Origin: Vitrella brassicaformis CCMP3155
Lineage: Eukaryota > Protista > Chromerida
Reading direction: 5' to 3'
NCBI GenBank assembly: GCA_001179505.1
Contig: CDMY01000260.1
Coordinates: forward strand, 62,001 to 126,000
Length of the DNA: 64,000 nt
Part shown: positions 51,745-62,622 of the stretch, piece after piece
Position numbering within the stretch: the stretch's first letter is position 1
How the letters are laid out: the number at the start of each line of letters is the position of its first letter
Made by a program: the position numbers and the translations under genes
Notes under the pieces: model-generated
Databases searched by the model: none
What the model was told of the DNA's origin: nothing
The model's input: only the letters and a program-made list of their open reading frames with translations

Positions 51745-54440
51745 ATGGACCCGTCCGGCAGCAAGCGCGTAAGTACAACACTGTTGTGTGACACTGTTAC
51801 TGACCTTTCCTTTCTCGCCGCTGTTTGTTTCTGTGCAGGGCGCTGTGTCGCACCCGGACGGGCCGAGAACTCAGAAGAAGCCCCGGGCGGACACCCCGTC
51901 AGCAGCGGCAGCAGCAGCAGCAGTCAGCGCCAGTGCCCATGATCCCATCATATTCCCCTTCCCAGTCTCAGTTCCGCCCATTTCCCGTCCCCCTGCTCTG
52001 GCCGCTTCCCATTACCCGCCCTGGTCCGCACACCCTCTGCAGCCCATCTTCCAGTCCGCCGAGACAAGGGCAGCGGCCGGTGTTGGCGCGTCGCCCGGCG
52101 TCCCTCGCTGCAGCCCCTTGCCGACTTTGCCACTTCCTCAGTTGAGTCTCCGCGAGTCCATCATGGCCATGCCCCTAGGGCCTGCCTTGAGGCGTGCACC
52201 AGCCATCTTCCACCTCAACCCACGGCCGGAGAAGCACGTGCCTCTCACGGCCGAGGGAGTGGAGGTGATGGCCAAGAGACTGCAGGTGGCGAATGCGTTG
52301 GTGTGCCAGCAGGGCATGGAATGGAACAGCAGTCAACTGCAGTGGGTGGTGGAGGCCGAGGTGCGGCTGGGAGGTGCCCACACGGCGCCCTTCAAGGTCA
52401 CAGAGCCGTTTGCGCCGGCTCGGTACACCTACGAGGGCATCTTCAGCGCCCTCACCAAGGCGTGGGAGTTCAAGTGGCGGCTGCAGCAGCAGTTCAAGCT
52501 GTCTCCCTCTGCGATCCTCGAAACCCTCAGTCGAGCGGCATTCCCTCCCCAATCCCTCACCCAACGCGACGGCAGCACCACCACGCAGCAGCAAGGCGGC
52601 CCCGCACCACCACCACCACGACCCAGAATCAGCCCTGCCCCTGAGGAGCATCGTCACGAGCCCGCGGACGCCAGTCCCCAACAGGAGCACGCCGAGAGTG
52701 TGAGCGTGGGGGCCGTGACGGACGCGGCACCTGCGGGCGGGGCACCTGCAGCTGAGCAGCCGTGTGACGAGAGGCAGTTGGTCGACAAGCTGATGTCTCT
52801 TCTCCCCCCCTCACTCAACTGTGTCAAGACTCACATCAAGCCTCTGTGGGCTGGCACGTGGCAGGGCCTCCGGCTGACGGGCTTCGTCGCCTCGTTTGTG
52901 CCAAACGGCGGTGACCGGCCGGGGCAAGGGCAGCGTCTGGAGCTGAGGGTGCCTGTGGAGCGTGACGGCCAGCGGCCTCTGAGGCAGGCAGTGGCCATCG
53001 CCCTCGTCGAAGCGGCAAAGTGGCGTTTCAGGATGGGCATCGCTGCTCAGGAGGAGGAGGGGATGGCCAGCGAGGAGGAGACCGACCAGCTCAGAGCATT
53101 TGGAGCACTTGCCGAGAACTTCAAGCAGCCTGCACCAGACAGACAGCAAACCGAGTCGGCAAACGGCAATCGCGAAGATGCGGCAACCGACGAGAGCACC
53201 CCCGTTTCCCTCACGCCGCCCGCTCTCCCTGAGCGCGACGCGGGCAACGGCAACCAACAGATGCTAGAGGCACCACGACAGACTGCGGAGGCTCCCTCTC
53301 CTTCGGGTCTTCACCCGAGCCCACCAGCCATCCCGGTTGCCCCTCCGTCTCCCGAGCAACACCCACCACGAGCCATCCTGCCAGCAACCGTCAAGCAGGA
53401 GGTCAGCGGCACGGCAGAGAGACGGAATGTCACGGCCGAGTCGCCGCCAGAGGCCCCCCCAAAGACGAAGGAGGGCGAGGGCGTTGCCATCGTGGGTGTG
53501 GTCAAGGCTGAGGGAGAGGAGGAGGGCAAGGCAGCTGCAGCCGCTGCGAGTGCCGCGGGGGGCCCATCGGATAGCAGGGGCAAGGACAGGGGCAGCCCTG
53601 CCGCTCTGCCGGGTGTGCCGGCCGCGGAGGGGGCCAACGACGAGGGACGGCCCCAGGTGGCGCTGAGCGACCTGACGACAGAGCATCTGATCCAGCTGAT
53701 GAGCGCCCTCCCTCAGCCCGGCCTTCGCCAACTCGCGAAGCGATGCCAAGAGGTCAGTTAGCGACGTCTGCACACACACATCACACCGTCCAGCGTCCAG
53801 TGCGTGTGTTTTCTGTTTGTCTGCTCAGTCGGTCGAGCGGTTCAATTTGGTGCCGTTCGCGACGTTCGCCGACCTGGAGAAGCTGGTCCACGACCCGGCA
53901 GAGAGGGAGGACCTGCTGGCAGAGCTGCCGATGTCCGAGTGCACCCTCTTCATGCTGCAGCGCTTGGTCAAGACACTCAAGGACAGGGCGGCAGCCAATG
54001 GGGGGCGTGTGGCGTCGCCTGTGTGCGGCGAGGGGGCCGGTGGTGGGCGTGTGGAGGGGCTGGATAGCGAGGGAGTGGCGTTGCTGCTCGAGCAGAAGAT
54101 AGTGAATGCGGATATGAAGCCACGACTATTCATCCTCGTAGCACAAATCCGAGAGGTGGGTGGGGAAAACGCAACGCAGGCAGCCATGGATGGATGGATG
54201 GATGCATGGATTGGCTTCCTTTCTCTTTTCCCCCACCCCCGGGGTCAGCATTGCATCCCCGGCAGTGTGCTGAGATGCCTGTGTGCCCGGACCACTGACA
54301 TCTGTGGCGAGGAGGGGGAGTGGGTGCAGCAGCTGACGGGCAAGCTGCAGCCGAGGTGGGACATACGGCTGAAGCGAGTAGTGCGGGAGACCCTGCTAGC
54401 GGCAGACAGAGAGGAGGGGGGCAAGGTGGAGGGTGAGTAG
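51745..54440 (+). CDS. Hypothetical protein with a divergent ApiAP2-like segment
   Basis: Long exon with GMEWNSSQLQWVVEAEVRLGG....FKV...TYEGIFSALTKAWEFKWRL (G..W....W.V...F.V...A...A pattern), Pro/Ala-rich linkers and a helical C-terminus ending KVEGE*. Confidence 0.45.
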
Positions 54441-55222
54441 ACAGAGGGGCCGAGAGACAGATGGATGCAATGCACTCGGCACTAGCGACTTAATTTGAGC
54501 GATGAGTAAGGAATTGCGGGTGTTTGTTTCACGTAGCTATCGACGGCCTGCCTTGCCGTTTGCATGCGGGCAGGGCAGGGCGGTGTGTAATGTAGATAGG
54601 CATACTGCCTCGACAAAGCTGCGGTGGTGGTGTGGTGTCCATCCATTCTTGTTGTAAGAGACACACACTTTTTTGATTGATTGATTTGTTGACCGACCGG
54701 TGTATTTGTATACATGGCACTCACTGGCAATGTATGCCAAACTGTCTGTGTGTGTGTGTGCTATGCTATGCTATGCCGTGTGTGGCCGTGTGTGTCCGTA
54801 TCTATATACATACACACACACATACATTAATGAGTTTATTTGTATTCCCCAGTCAGTACACAAGAGATCGCATGCTACGCTACACACACCGATCTCTTTC
54901 TCGTCTTCCCACCGTCCACAGCCCGCAGCATGACAGACAGACAGAGCAGAGCGTCCCGTGCCGCTCGCGTATCGACACACACATATATAGATGTACACAC
55001 AACGTCAGCAACCAAACCAAACCGGCCTCCCCTCTCTCTCCTGCGGTCCTTCGGACACACACACAGAGGGGAGGGAGCTGGAGACGCCGCACAGACATGC
55101 AGACAGACAAAATACACACATCAAAATTGCGGTAAACAGGCCGCTGGCTAAGACAGGCAGCCAAAGTCTGTACAACAGAAAGGCCCATTCCCCTGTCTTT
55201 CTCCCCAGGTAGTGTACCCTCA

Positions 55223-57341
55223 CTAGGCAGCAGCTGGCTGCTGTCTCGTCAACGAGTTCTCCATCAGCCGACTGATCGCCCTCTGGTAGGTCCACAGCAC
55301 GTCCTGCCGCTGTGGGGCGAGATCGGCGAGCGCCGAGGTTCGCAGACCGGTGGCAGACCATTCAACCTCCTCCCTGAGCCAACACCAGACAGACACAGAG
55401 GCATCTCAGTGTCCGTCCATTTCTCCCATTTCGTTGTGTGTCACGCACGCATCAGCTCACTTGATGTGGCCGAGGAGGTTGAACACCGACGCATGACGGC
55501 CAGACGAGCCGCCGTGATCGGCCACCCTCACCGCACCCACATCAGCATCACGCGAAGAAGAAGAAGAAGGCTGGTCGTCGCCGCCCCTCGCTCCGCTGGT
55601 CAGCCTTCTGATAGTCTCCTCTATCGCTGAGCCGTCTTGTCCTTTCCCTCCGCCATCATCATATTTCCTCCGCTCGCTCAGCCACTCCCCCTCGCGAGCC
55701 GCCGCGCCCGGCATGTGATGATGGCCGCTTTCGCCATCTCCATCACTCATGGCCTCGAGGCACTTGCGGATAAGGCCGTCGAAGATGCGCTCGGCTGGGG
55801 CAGCTGCCGTGCAGATGAGCCTGGATGGCTTGTCGTAGAGGATGTCGAGGAGCGTCACGAGTCGCCTGGCCGCGTCGTGGTCATCGTGCGAGAAGGCTGG
55901 CACGTTGGTGAGGATGACGGTGTGGAAATGGTCTGCAATTGAAAGGTAGTCCGGGGCACCTGTGGTGGGAAACAGACAGACAAGAAGATGCTTTCTGCGT
56001 CCGTGTTCCTTGCTTTGTGTGGTGTGGGGGGGTCAGGGTGTCGCCGGACTGACCTAGGTTGCGCCTGCACAGCTCGTCAAAGTCAAATTCAGCAATCCCC
56101 CGCCCAGAATCCGCGCCGTCCTCCCAGCTCTTGCGCACTGCCAACCTCCTCCCCATGCGCACGGGTACCTCCGTGGCCTTGGGCGGACCTGACGCACCAA
56201 TGCTGCGCTTCAACTGCATCAGCTGATCGTCTGTGCGGGTGTTGAGGGGGTGCAGGAAGGTTGCTGGCGGCCGGGGGGATGTCTTGGCGTCGCTTCGTGT
56301 GAACCGGCGATAGTCGCACACAGACTGACGGAGCCAGGGAACAGAATCCGTGGCTATGCTGCTCTCCTCAGGTGTGTGCGCGTGTGGGTACCTACCTTGA
56401 CATGGATGATGTCGCTGTGCTCTTTGAGCAGGTGAATGAAAGGCAGAAACAAATCGCGATTAAGTCCGCCTTGATACAGCTCTTCGGGTGGCACATTGCT
56501 GGTGGCCACGACCACCAAGCCTCGCGCCCACAGGTGGCGGAACAGGTGCAGCACGATCATGGCGTCGGCAATCCCCATGATCTGAAGCTCATCGAAGAAG
56601 AGGACCTTGACGCCCGCCGTGAGCTCCGACGAGATGCGGCCACACGGATCGGGGAAGCCCCCCTCCTGCTGCCGAAGCTGGCCGAAAGAAGTATAACAAT
56701 TGGCGCATCAGAAGCAGTGGAACACTTAGTGTGGTGACTCACCTGGTGTATCTTCGCGTGGATGCTAAGGAGGAAGTCATGGAAGTGGTGACGGACAACG
56801 GCAGATGAGTGTCTGCTCCCCTTGAGATCCTCCACAAGGCTGCTGTACAGCATGTTCATCAACCTGCAGACACAACACACTTGAAGAGTATGCCAACGGG
56901 ACGGACAGCACGTGTGTGGCTCACTGACATGGTCTTTCCACTGCCCACTGGACCATGCAGATACAGTCCCGTCAGGCCGTCTTGCCCTCTCCCCTCCAAA
57001 TGGTGCAGAACAGCGCTCTTCATGCCCTCCAGCTGCCCTACGCACCTCCGCTGTGCCACATCGTCGGCGAACGTGCCGCTGCGCACCAACTGGTCATAGA
57101 CGAGAGGAAGGGGAAGGCGGGGAGTGCTCCTCGCGCATCGGGAGGGAGCCGAAACAGACAGATAGCGCCACTGCTGGCACGCGAAGGGAGGGATCACGTG
57201 CGATGCGAATGGCCGTAACACAGATAAATGCCTCGTGACGCGAGTCATCGTGTAGAGGAGGCTCCAGCGCTTGAGGCGACAGAGCAGCGGTTTCAGGGAG
57301 CACCCTAGGAGGTCGCGAGCTAGAAGCGATCGTGGATGCAT
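55223..57341 (-). CDS. AFG1L: AFG1/LACE1/ZapE-family ATPase
   Basis: GLYLHGPVGSGKTMLM (Walker A), HFHDFLL.IH, VLFFDELQI..IADAMIV, VVVATSNVPPEELYQGGLNRDLFLPFI, FDFDELC..NLGAADYL.IA..FHTVIL, ARRLVTLLDILYD, RAISRLME. Arg-rich N-terminus is compatible with mitochondrial targeting. Confidence 0.95.
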
Positions 57342-57888
57342 CTTCCCGCCCTGCTGAGCTCGCAGATCCCAAGGCAGATCTCGAGGCATCCTCAGCCTTG
57401 TTTTCTTTTGGCTGAGGATGCCATCGGCTTCCCCTCCCTCTGGGGGTCATGTTGGTCCTCGTCCGGTCCTCGTCTGTGCCCATTTGGCTGTGGTTGGCGT
57501 CTCCGATCTTTCCTCGTGATGCTGCCCGCCGCAGCTCATCATACCGCTCAGCCTTATTGGCTCTTCCTCTGGCGTCCTTCTCGCCCCCCCGACACGCTCT
57601 CCCACATCCCCCCGAGCCTCAATTGGGTCTTCATCGTGAAGATCTGCTTGACGACGCCGTCTCAGCGGACCGACGTGACGAGAACTGCACTCGCTCCTGC
57701 CTGGGACATGCGGCTTCCCCCCCGTCCCCGTTCGTCAGAGTGTGCTGAACCGCTGGTGTTGCCGTGGTGAAGCTGCAATGATGCTTGCGTATGGATGGGA
57801 GGGCATCTGCTTTATTGCATGGTTCGCTTGTTGCACTGGCACCGTGATCATGATGTGCTCTGTGTGGTGTGGGCGGAGGGGGTCTGTC

Positions 57889-58301
57889 ATGTCTTGTCAT
57901 TTGGATGGTCTCTGTGTCTTAGGTAGCCTATCACGTGAGGTCGCACGCTGCCATGTCTTTTCTTTTGCGTGCACATGATTACGCGTGTGGTTATACTTCG
58001 GCGTGCCTCTGTGCATTGAGACCAGACTCCTGTCATTCATGGTGCTGCCTCTGTCCGTCTGTGGGACCCTTCTTGCCTCTGTCTGTCTAGCTTGCTTCCC
58101 CCGCCTTCCCCCTGCCTTTCATGTCCTCGTGCTCATCATCTTCGTTTGAGTGCTTGGTGGTGGGGGTGAAGCGGCTGATGATGTCTTGTCATTGGTGTGG
58201 TCTCTTCTCTGCGGTAGCCTATCACGTGTCGTTGCCCGCCATGATGTCTTTTCTTTTGCGTGTGCATGGTTGCGCGTGTGGTTAGACTTCGGCGTGCCTC
58301 T
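57889..58301. repeat. Imperfect direct repeat of about 120 bp (57889-58010 and 58181-58301)
   Basis: Shared blocks atgtcttgtcatt, ggtagcctatcacgtg, atgtcttttcttttgcgtg, cgcgtgtggtta.acttcggcgtgcctct. Confidence 0.85.
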
Positions 58302-59171
58302 CTGTTGCGACCATACTCATGCCATTTCAGCCAGTGCCGCATGTCTGTCTGTTTGTTCATTACCGCGGCGGGGCTCTCCCCTTTAGCTGCCTTCTGTCTT
58401 CCTCTGCCAGCCTAGCCAGGACTTCCTGTGCATGTGCCTGCCAAGTGCCTATCGACTTAGATCACACCGTGCTGCCCACTGATCCAATACACGTCGTCTT
58501 TCCCTGTCTGACTGTCTGGCAAGAATGGATTGAGCGCAACCCACTCAGTGCGTGTGAAGGGATAGAGTGCACCTTAGGTATTGTCTATCATATGTTGCAG
58601 GGCCTCATGGCCTGACTGGCTGTTTCCTTCTCTCTCCCTTTGCTATCTTCCTCTCTTCCTTCCCTATGGGTCCCGTGTGTATATGGTGGTGTATTCATGT
58701 GATTGGCTGATTGTTGCTTTGGTGGCTCAGAGGGCGCTCATTTTTCTACTTCCCCCTTCTGGCTTCTGTACACTTGCCATGGCTCTTGCTGGGCGACAGC
58801 GCCCATCCTTGTGTATGTAGCCGGAATCGGTGTTTGTCAACGTTCTACAAGGCAGCCAGTGCTCTCTGTTGCCATCTGTTTGTCCGCCGGTGCCAGTGCA
58901 GGGAGGGGTAGACAGGCCGTGTGCATGCTTTGCATGTACATGCTGCTAGTTTAGTGCGTGAGACAACAGGATCCCTCCGGGGTTACAGACACGAGTCTCG
59001 TTAAACACACTAACCAACCAACCATCTGAGGTCCTTTTCCGGAGATCTGCCCAAAGGAGGCCTTCTGATGGACGACTCGTTCAGATCTCACCCACAGGTG
59101 ACGTCCTTTGCCGTACACACCCAGATCTTTGGCTGTTGGCTGATCTGGCTGATGTGTGCGTGACTCTCCAG

Positions 59172-59661
59172 GCTGGCGGGACGGCGGACACCACATTGGT
59201 CGTGGAGCATCATCAACATGACACCCAAACACAGGTGGGTGGAGATATAGCTCGTGCACCGACGCGCCCATGTGACTGTGCTCCATCACCACCAATCTGT
59301 CACATCTTGTCTGTGTCTGCATGTCTGTCATCAGGTGTCCACTGAGAGGGCACCGGAGGTCACCATCGGCGAGCGGATTCGGCTGGTGAAGGACTTCGAT
59401 GCGCGAAAAGGATCCGTCGAAGATCAGCATGGCAAAGTTCGCAAAGGAGAAGGGCGTCAAGTATGGCCAGTTCTCGCAGTGGCGCTACAATCTGAAGAAG
59501 CAGTGGGAGTCGGGCAAGCAGATCATCGATCCGAACAAGATACGCGACAGACAGCCCAAGTACCCGCAGATTGAGGATCGATGCGGCGATGGATGGCCGG
59601 CCGTGACGACCCAATGAGCGTCCCCCCCAAGGCCATCCGGGCAAAGGCGATATCACCTTAG
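59172..59661 (+). pseudogene. Frameshifted paralog of the CENP-B-type HTH gene at 550-963
   Basis: Three reading frames give VSTERAPEVTIGERIRLVKDFDARK / DPSKISMAKFAKEK...FSQW..IIDPNKIRDRQPKYPQIED / MRRWMAGRDDPMSVPPKAIRAKA, colinear with the left-edge gene. Two frameshifts and an early stop. Confidence 0.85.
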
Positions 59662-60946
59662 TGACATACCTGAGGTAAGACACGGAGAAGCGGAAGAAGG
59701 TCTGTTTTCACTCGGTGCTTTGTGTCATCAGGATGATGATGTGGTTACTGTGGACGACTGTGTGGAAGGTGATGTCGTGGTAGCTCCTGATGATCTGGAG
59801 GTGCTTGCGGTGTTGTGAATTGGAGCAAGGTGACGGGTTACGTGCGTGTCCCGCGCACAATTTGTGCTCTAGTGAGTGCGAGTGTGACATCAGTAGCTGT
59901 CCTGTGTCACAAACTGTCCTGTGCCAATGCGTCTCTTTGTTTGCTTTCGTGTCGTCTATCCTCATATCTCTCTGATGCAAACACACGTGGTCAATGTCTG
60001 CAAGCATCCTGTGACACCACGACGAATGAAGGAGAGGAAAGGTTGTGCTGGCGGAGGATGTGTCTGTCGGGATGTGTTGGGTGTATTACGTATGACATGC
60101 GTCAATGACTGAATGGATGACTCGGGCAGGAGAGGAAGGCAGCTGACCGGTGACGTCTGATTGTGTAAGCGTGTATCTGATTCTCACGGCTCTCTCAATG
60201 CCTTCCGTCCACACACCTTCACGTGAGCTACCGTGTCCATGCAGTTCGATACACGCACCCTTTCCCAACAGTCACAGGCAGCCAACCACAGCAACGCACC
60301 CTTTCCCAATCAGGCAAGAGCAGTCAACCACAGCAAGAGCACAAATGCATCAAGAGGAAGAAATCCCTGGGCAGGGAGTCGCTGAATCACTCAGAGCCAA
60401 GCACGCATCCTCTGTACTTGATTTTTCTGTTCTATCTATCTTTCTATCTATATTTCTCTTTTGCCTTTCTGTCTCTTTGCACACAACACGCACAACGATT
60501 GAAAAAGTATCAACACTCCACTTACAGTATCTGACCGATCGATATCTCTCGCCTGCCCTGAAGTGGCGATGAAGACATGCACTGACAACACACAGATGTT
60601 GCCAGTCAGTTCAGTCGCTACCCCTCCCTCTCTCACTGAACACATCCCACGCTACATGAGGCAGCGATTGCATTGAAAGGATAAAGATACTATATACAAA
60701 ATCAGCAATATTAACCATACTATCGGAAAGAGACATTGCATCAATTGCCCGCAAGAAGAAGCGGACACAACTCATCCAGCCCGGCCACGCCCTCTCCCTC
60801 TCTCCCACATGCACACATACAGCCAGATAGCCAGACAGACAGACAGACAGACGGGGAGAGAGAGAGAAAGAAAACGAGCACGTCGGCATAGTACACCACA
60901 ACACATCCATAGGCCAGTGACGAAAACACAGTTATTGTGCACACAA

Positions 60947-61318
60947 ACAGCTGGGCACACAAACAGCCAACGCACACAGTAAGTCTTAGTTAGTAGATCA
61001 GAAGTCTGGTTGGAAGATGGCATCCAAGTCGTGCAGTTTCTTCACCAACGGCACCATGATTTGCTGCAGCAGATAACGACACGACAGATAAACAATTTGC
61101 TGCAGCTCGTGTGGGATCAGCTTATCACACTTACAGCTGGGCACACAAACAGCCAACGCACACAGTAAGTCTTAGTTAGTAGATCAGAAGTCTGGTTGGA
61201 AGATGGCATCCAAGTCGTGCAGTTTCTTCACCAACGGCACCATGATTTGCTGCAGCAGATAACGACACGACAGATAAACAATTTGCTGCAGCTCGTGTGG
61301 GATCAGCTTATCACACTT
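60947..61318. repeat. Two identical 186-bp tandem units containing the last NYN exon
   Basis: acagctgggcacacaaac...cagcttatcacactt at 60947-61132 and 61133-61318. Confidence 0.95.
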
Positions 61319-61724
61319 ACTCGTATGACCCGTCCGATGTCACCAAGAAGACCGGCTTCTGACCTTGAGTCTTTTCCAGCGTCTCCACGAAGTCGCCATC
61401 CTTCAGTGCAAGAGAAATGGAGAACGATCGCATGACAGATGACCACGGGTGACCATAGATAAACGAATGTGTGCAACATACCCCAGCCACGAAGACCACC
61501 GCTGCGATCTCGGGGTCGTCGGCCATGTCTTTCAGCATGTCAGCGATTGCGATGTCAGCACCCTTCTGCTTGCCATTTGACTTCACCCTACACACAAGAG
61601 GGGGCAGGTGCGTCTGTTCTCTCGCCATGATGTGTGTGTCGCATCTCCCATACCGGGCCTCGTGGATCTTGGCCATGTGTTCAATGCCCTTGTGGAAGTT
61701 CTTGAGAGCTCTCTGGGCTGCCAT
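61184..61724 (-). pseudogene. Second, diverged NYN-domain gene copy (3' part; 5' part lost in the gap; 1-nt deletion in last exon)
   Basis: MAAQRALKNFHKGIEHMAKIHEAR/VKSNGKQKGADIAIADML.DMADDPEIAAVVFVAG/DGDFVETLEK. Last exon has caaatcatgg versus caaatcaatgg in the right copy, giving DKSWCRW*. Confidence 0.7.
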
Positions 61725-62024
61725 NNNNNNNNNNNNNNNNNNNNNNNNNNNNNNNNNNNNNNNNNNNNNNNNNNNNNNNNNNNNNNNNNNNNNNNNNNNN
61801 NNNNNNNNNNNNNNNNNNNNNNNNNNNNNNNNNNNNNNNNNNNNNNNNNNNNNNNNNNNNNNNNNNNNNNNNNNNNNNNNNNNNNNNNNNNNNNNNNNNN
61901 NNNNNNNNNNNNNNNNNNNNNNNNNNNNNNNNNNNNNNNNNNNNNNNNNNNNNNNNNNNNNNNNNNNNNNNNNNNNNNNNNNNNNNNNNNNNNNNNNNNN
62001 NNNNNNNNNNNNNNNNNNNNNNNN
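61725..62024. other. Assembly gap (300 N) within the NYN tandem array
   Basis: Run of n. Confidence 0.99.
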
Positions 62025-62622
62025 AGCACGCATCCTCTGTACTTGATTTTTCTGTTCTATCTATCTTTCTATCTATATTTCTCTTTTGCCTTTCTGTCTC
62101 TTTGCACACAACACGCACAACGATTGAAAAAGTATCAACACTCCACTTACAGTATCTGACCGATCGATATCTCTCGCCTGCCCTGAAGTGGCGATGAAGA
62201 CATGCACTGACAACACACAGATGTTGCCAGTCAGTTCAGTCGCTACCCCTCCCTCTCTCACTGAACACATCCCACGCTACATGAGGCAGCGATTGCATTG
62301 AAAGGATAAAGATACTATATACAAAATCAGCAATATTAACCATACTATCGGAAAGAGACATTGCATCAATTGCCCGCAAGAAGAAGCGGACACAACTCAT
62401 CCAGCCCGGCCACGCCCTCTCCCTCTCTCCCACATGCACACATACAGCCAGATAGCCAGACAGACAGACAGACAGACGGGGAGAGAGAGAGAAAGAAAAC
62501 GAGCACGTCGGCATAGTACACCACAACACATCCATAGGCCAGTGACGAAAACACAGTTATTGTGCACACAAACAGCTGGGCACACAAACAGCCAACGCAC
62601 ACAGTAAGTCTTAGTTAGTAGA

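Noticed and set aside
54480-55200. Many overlapping Cys/Val/Thr/His-rich ORFs
   Set aside because: Translation of (TG)n/(CA)n microsatellite-rich 3' intergenic DNA between convergent genes
57480-57730. Stop-free acidic/basic frame on the minus strand upstream of AFG1
   Set aside because: No supportable start, splice partner or motif; may be UTR
60947-61318. 186-bp units considered as a CRISPR-like or satellite array
   Set aside because: Only two units, no repeat-spacer structure, and they contain a coding exon. Local duplication or assembly artefact.
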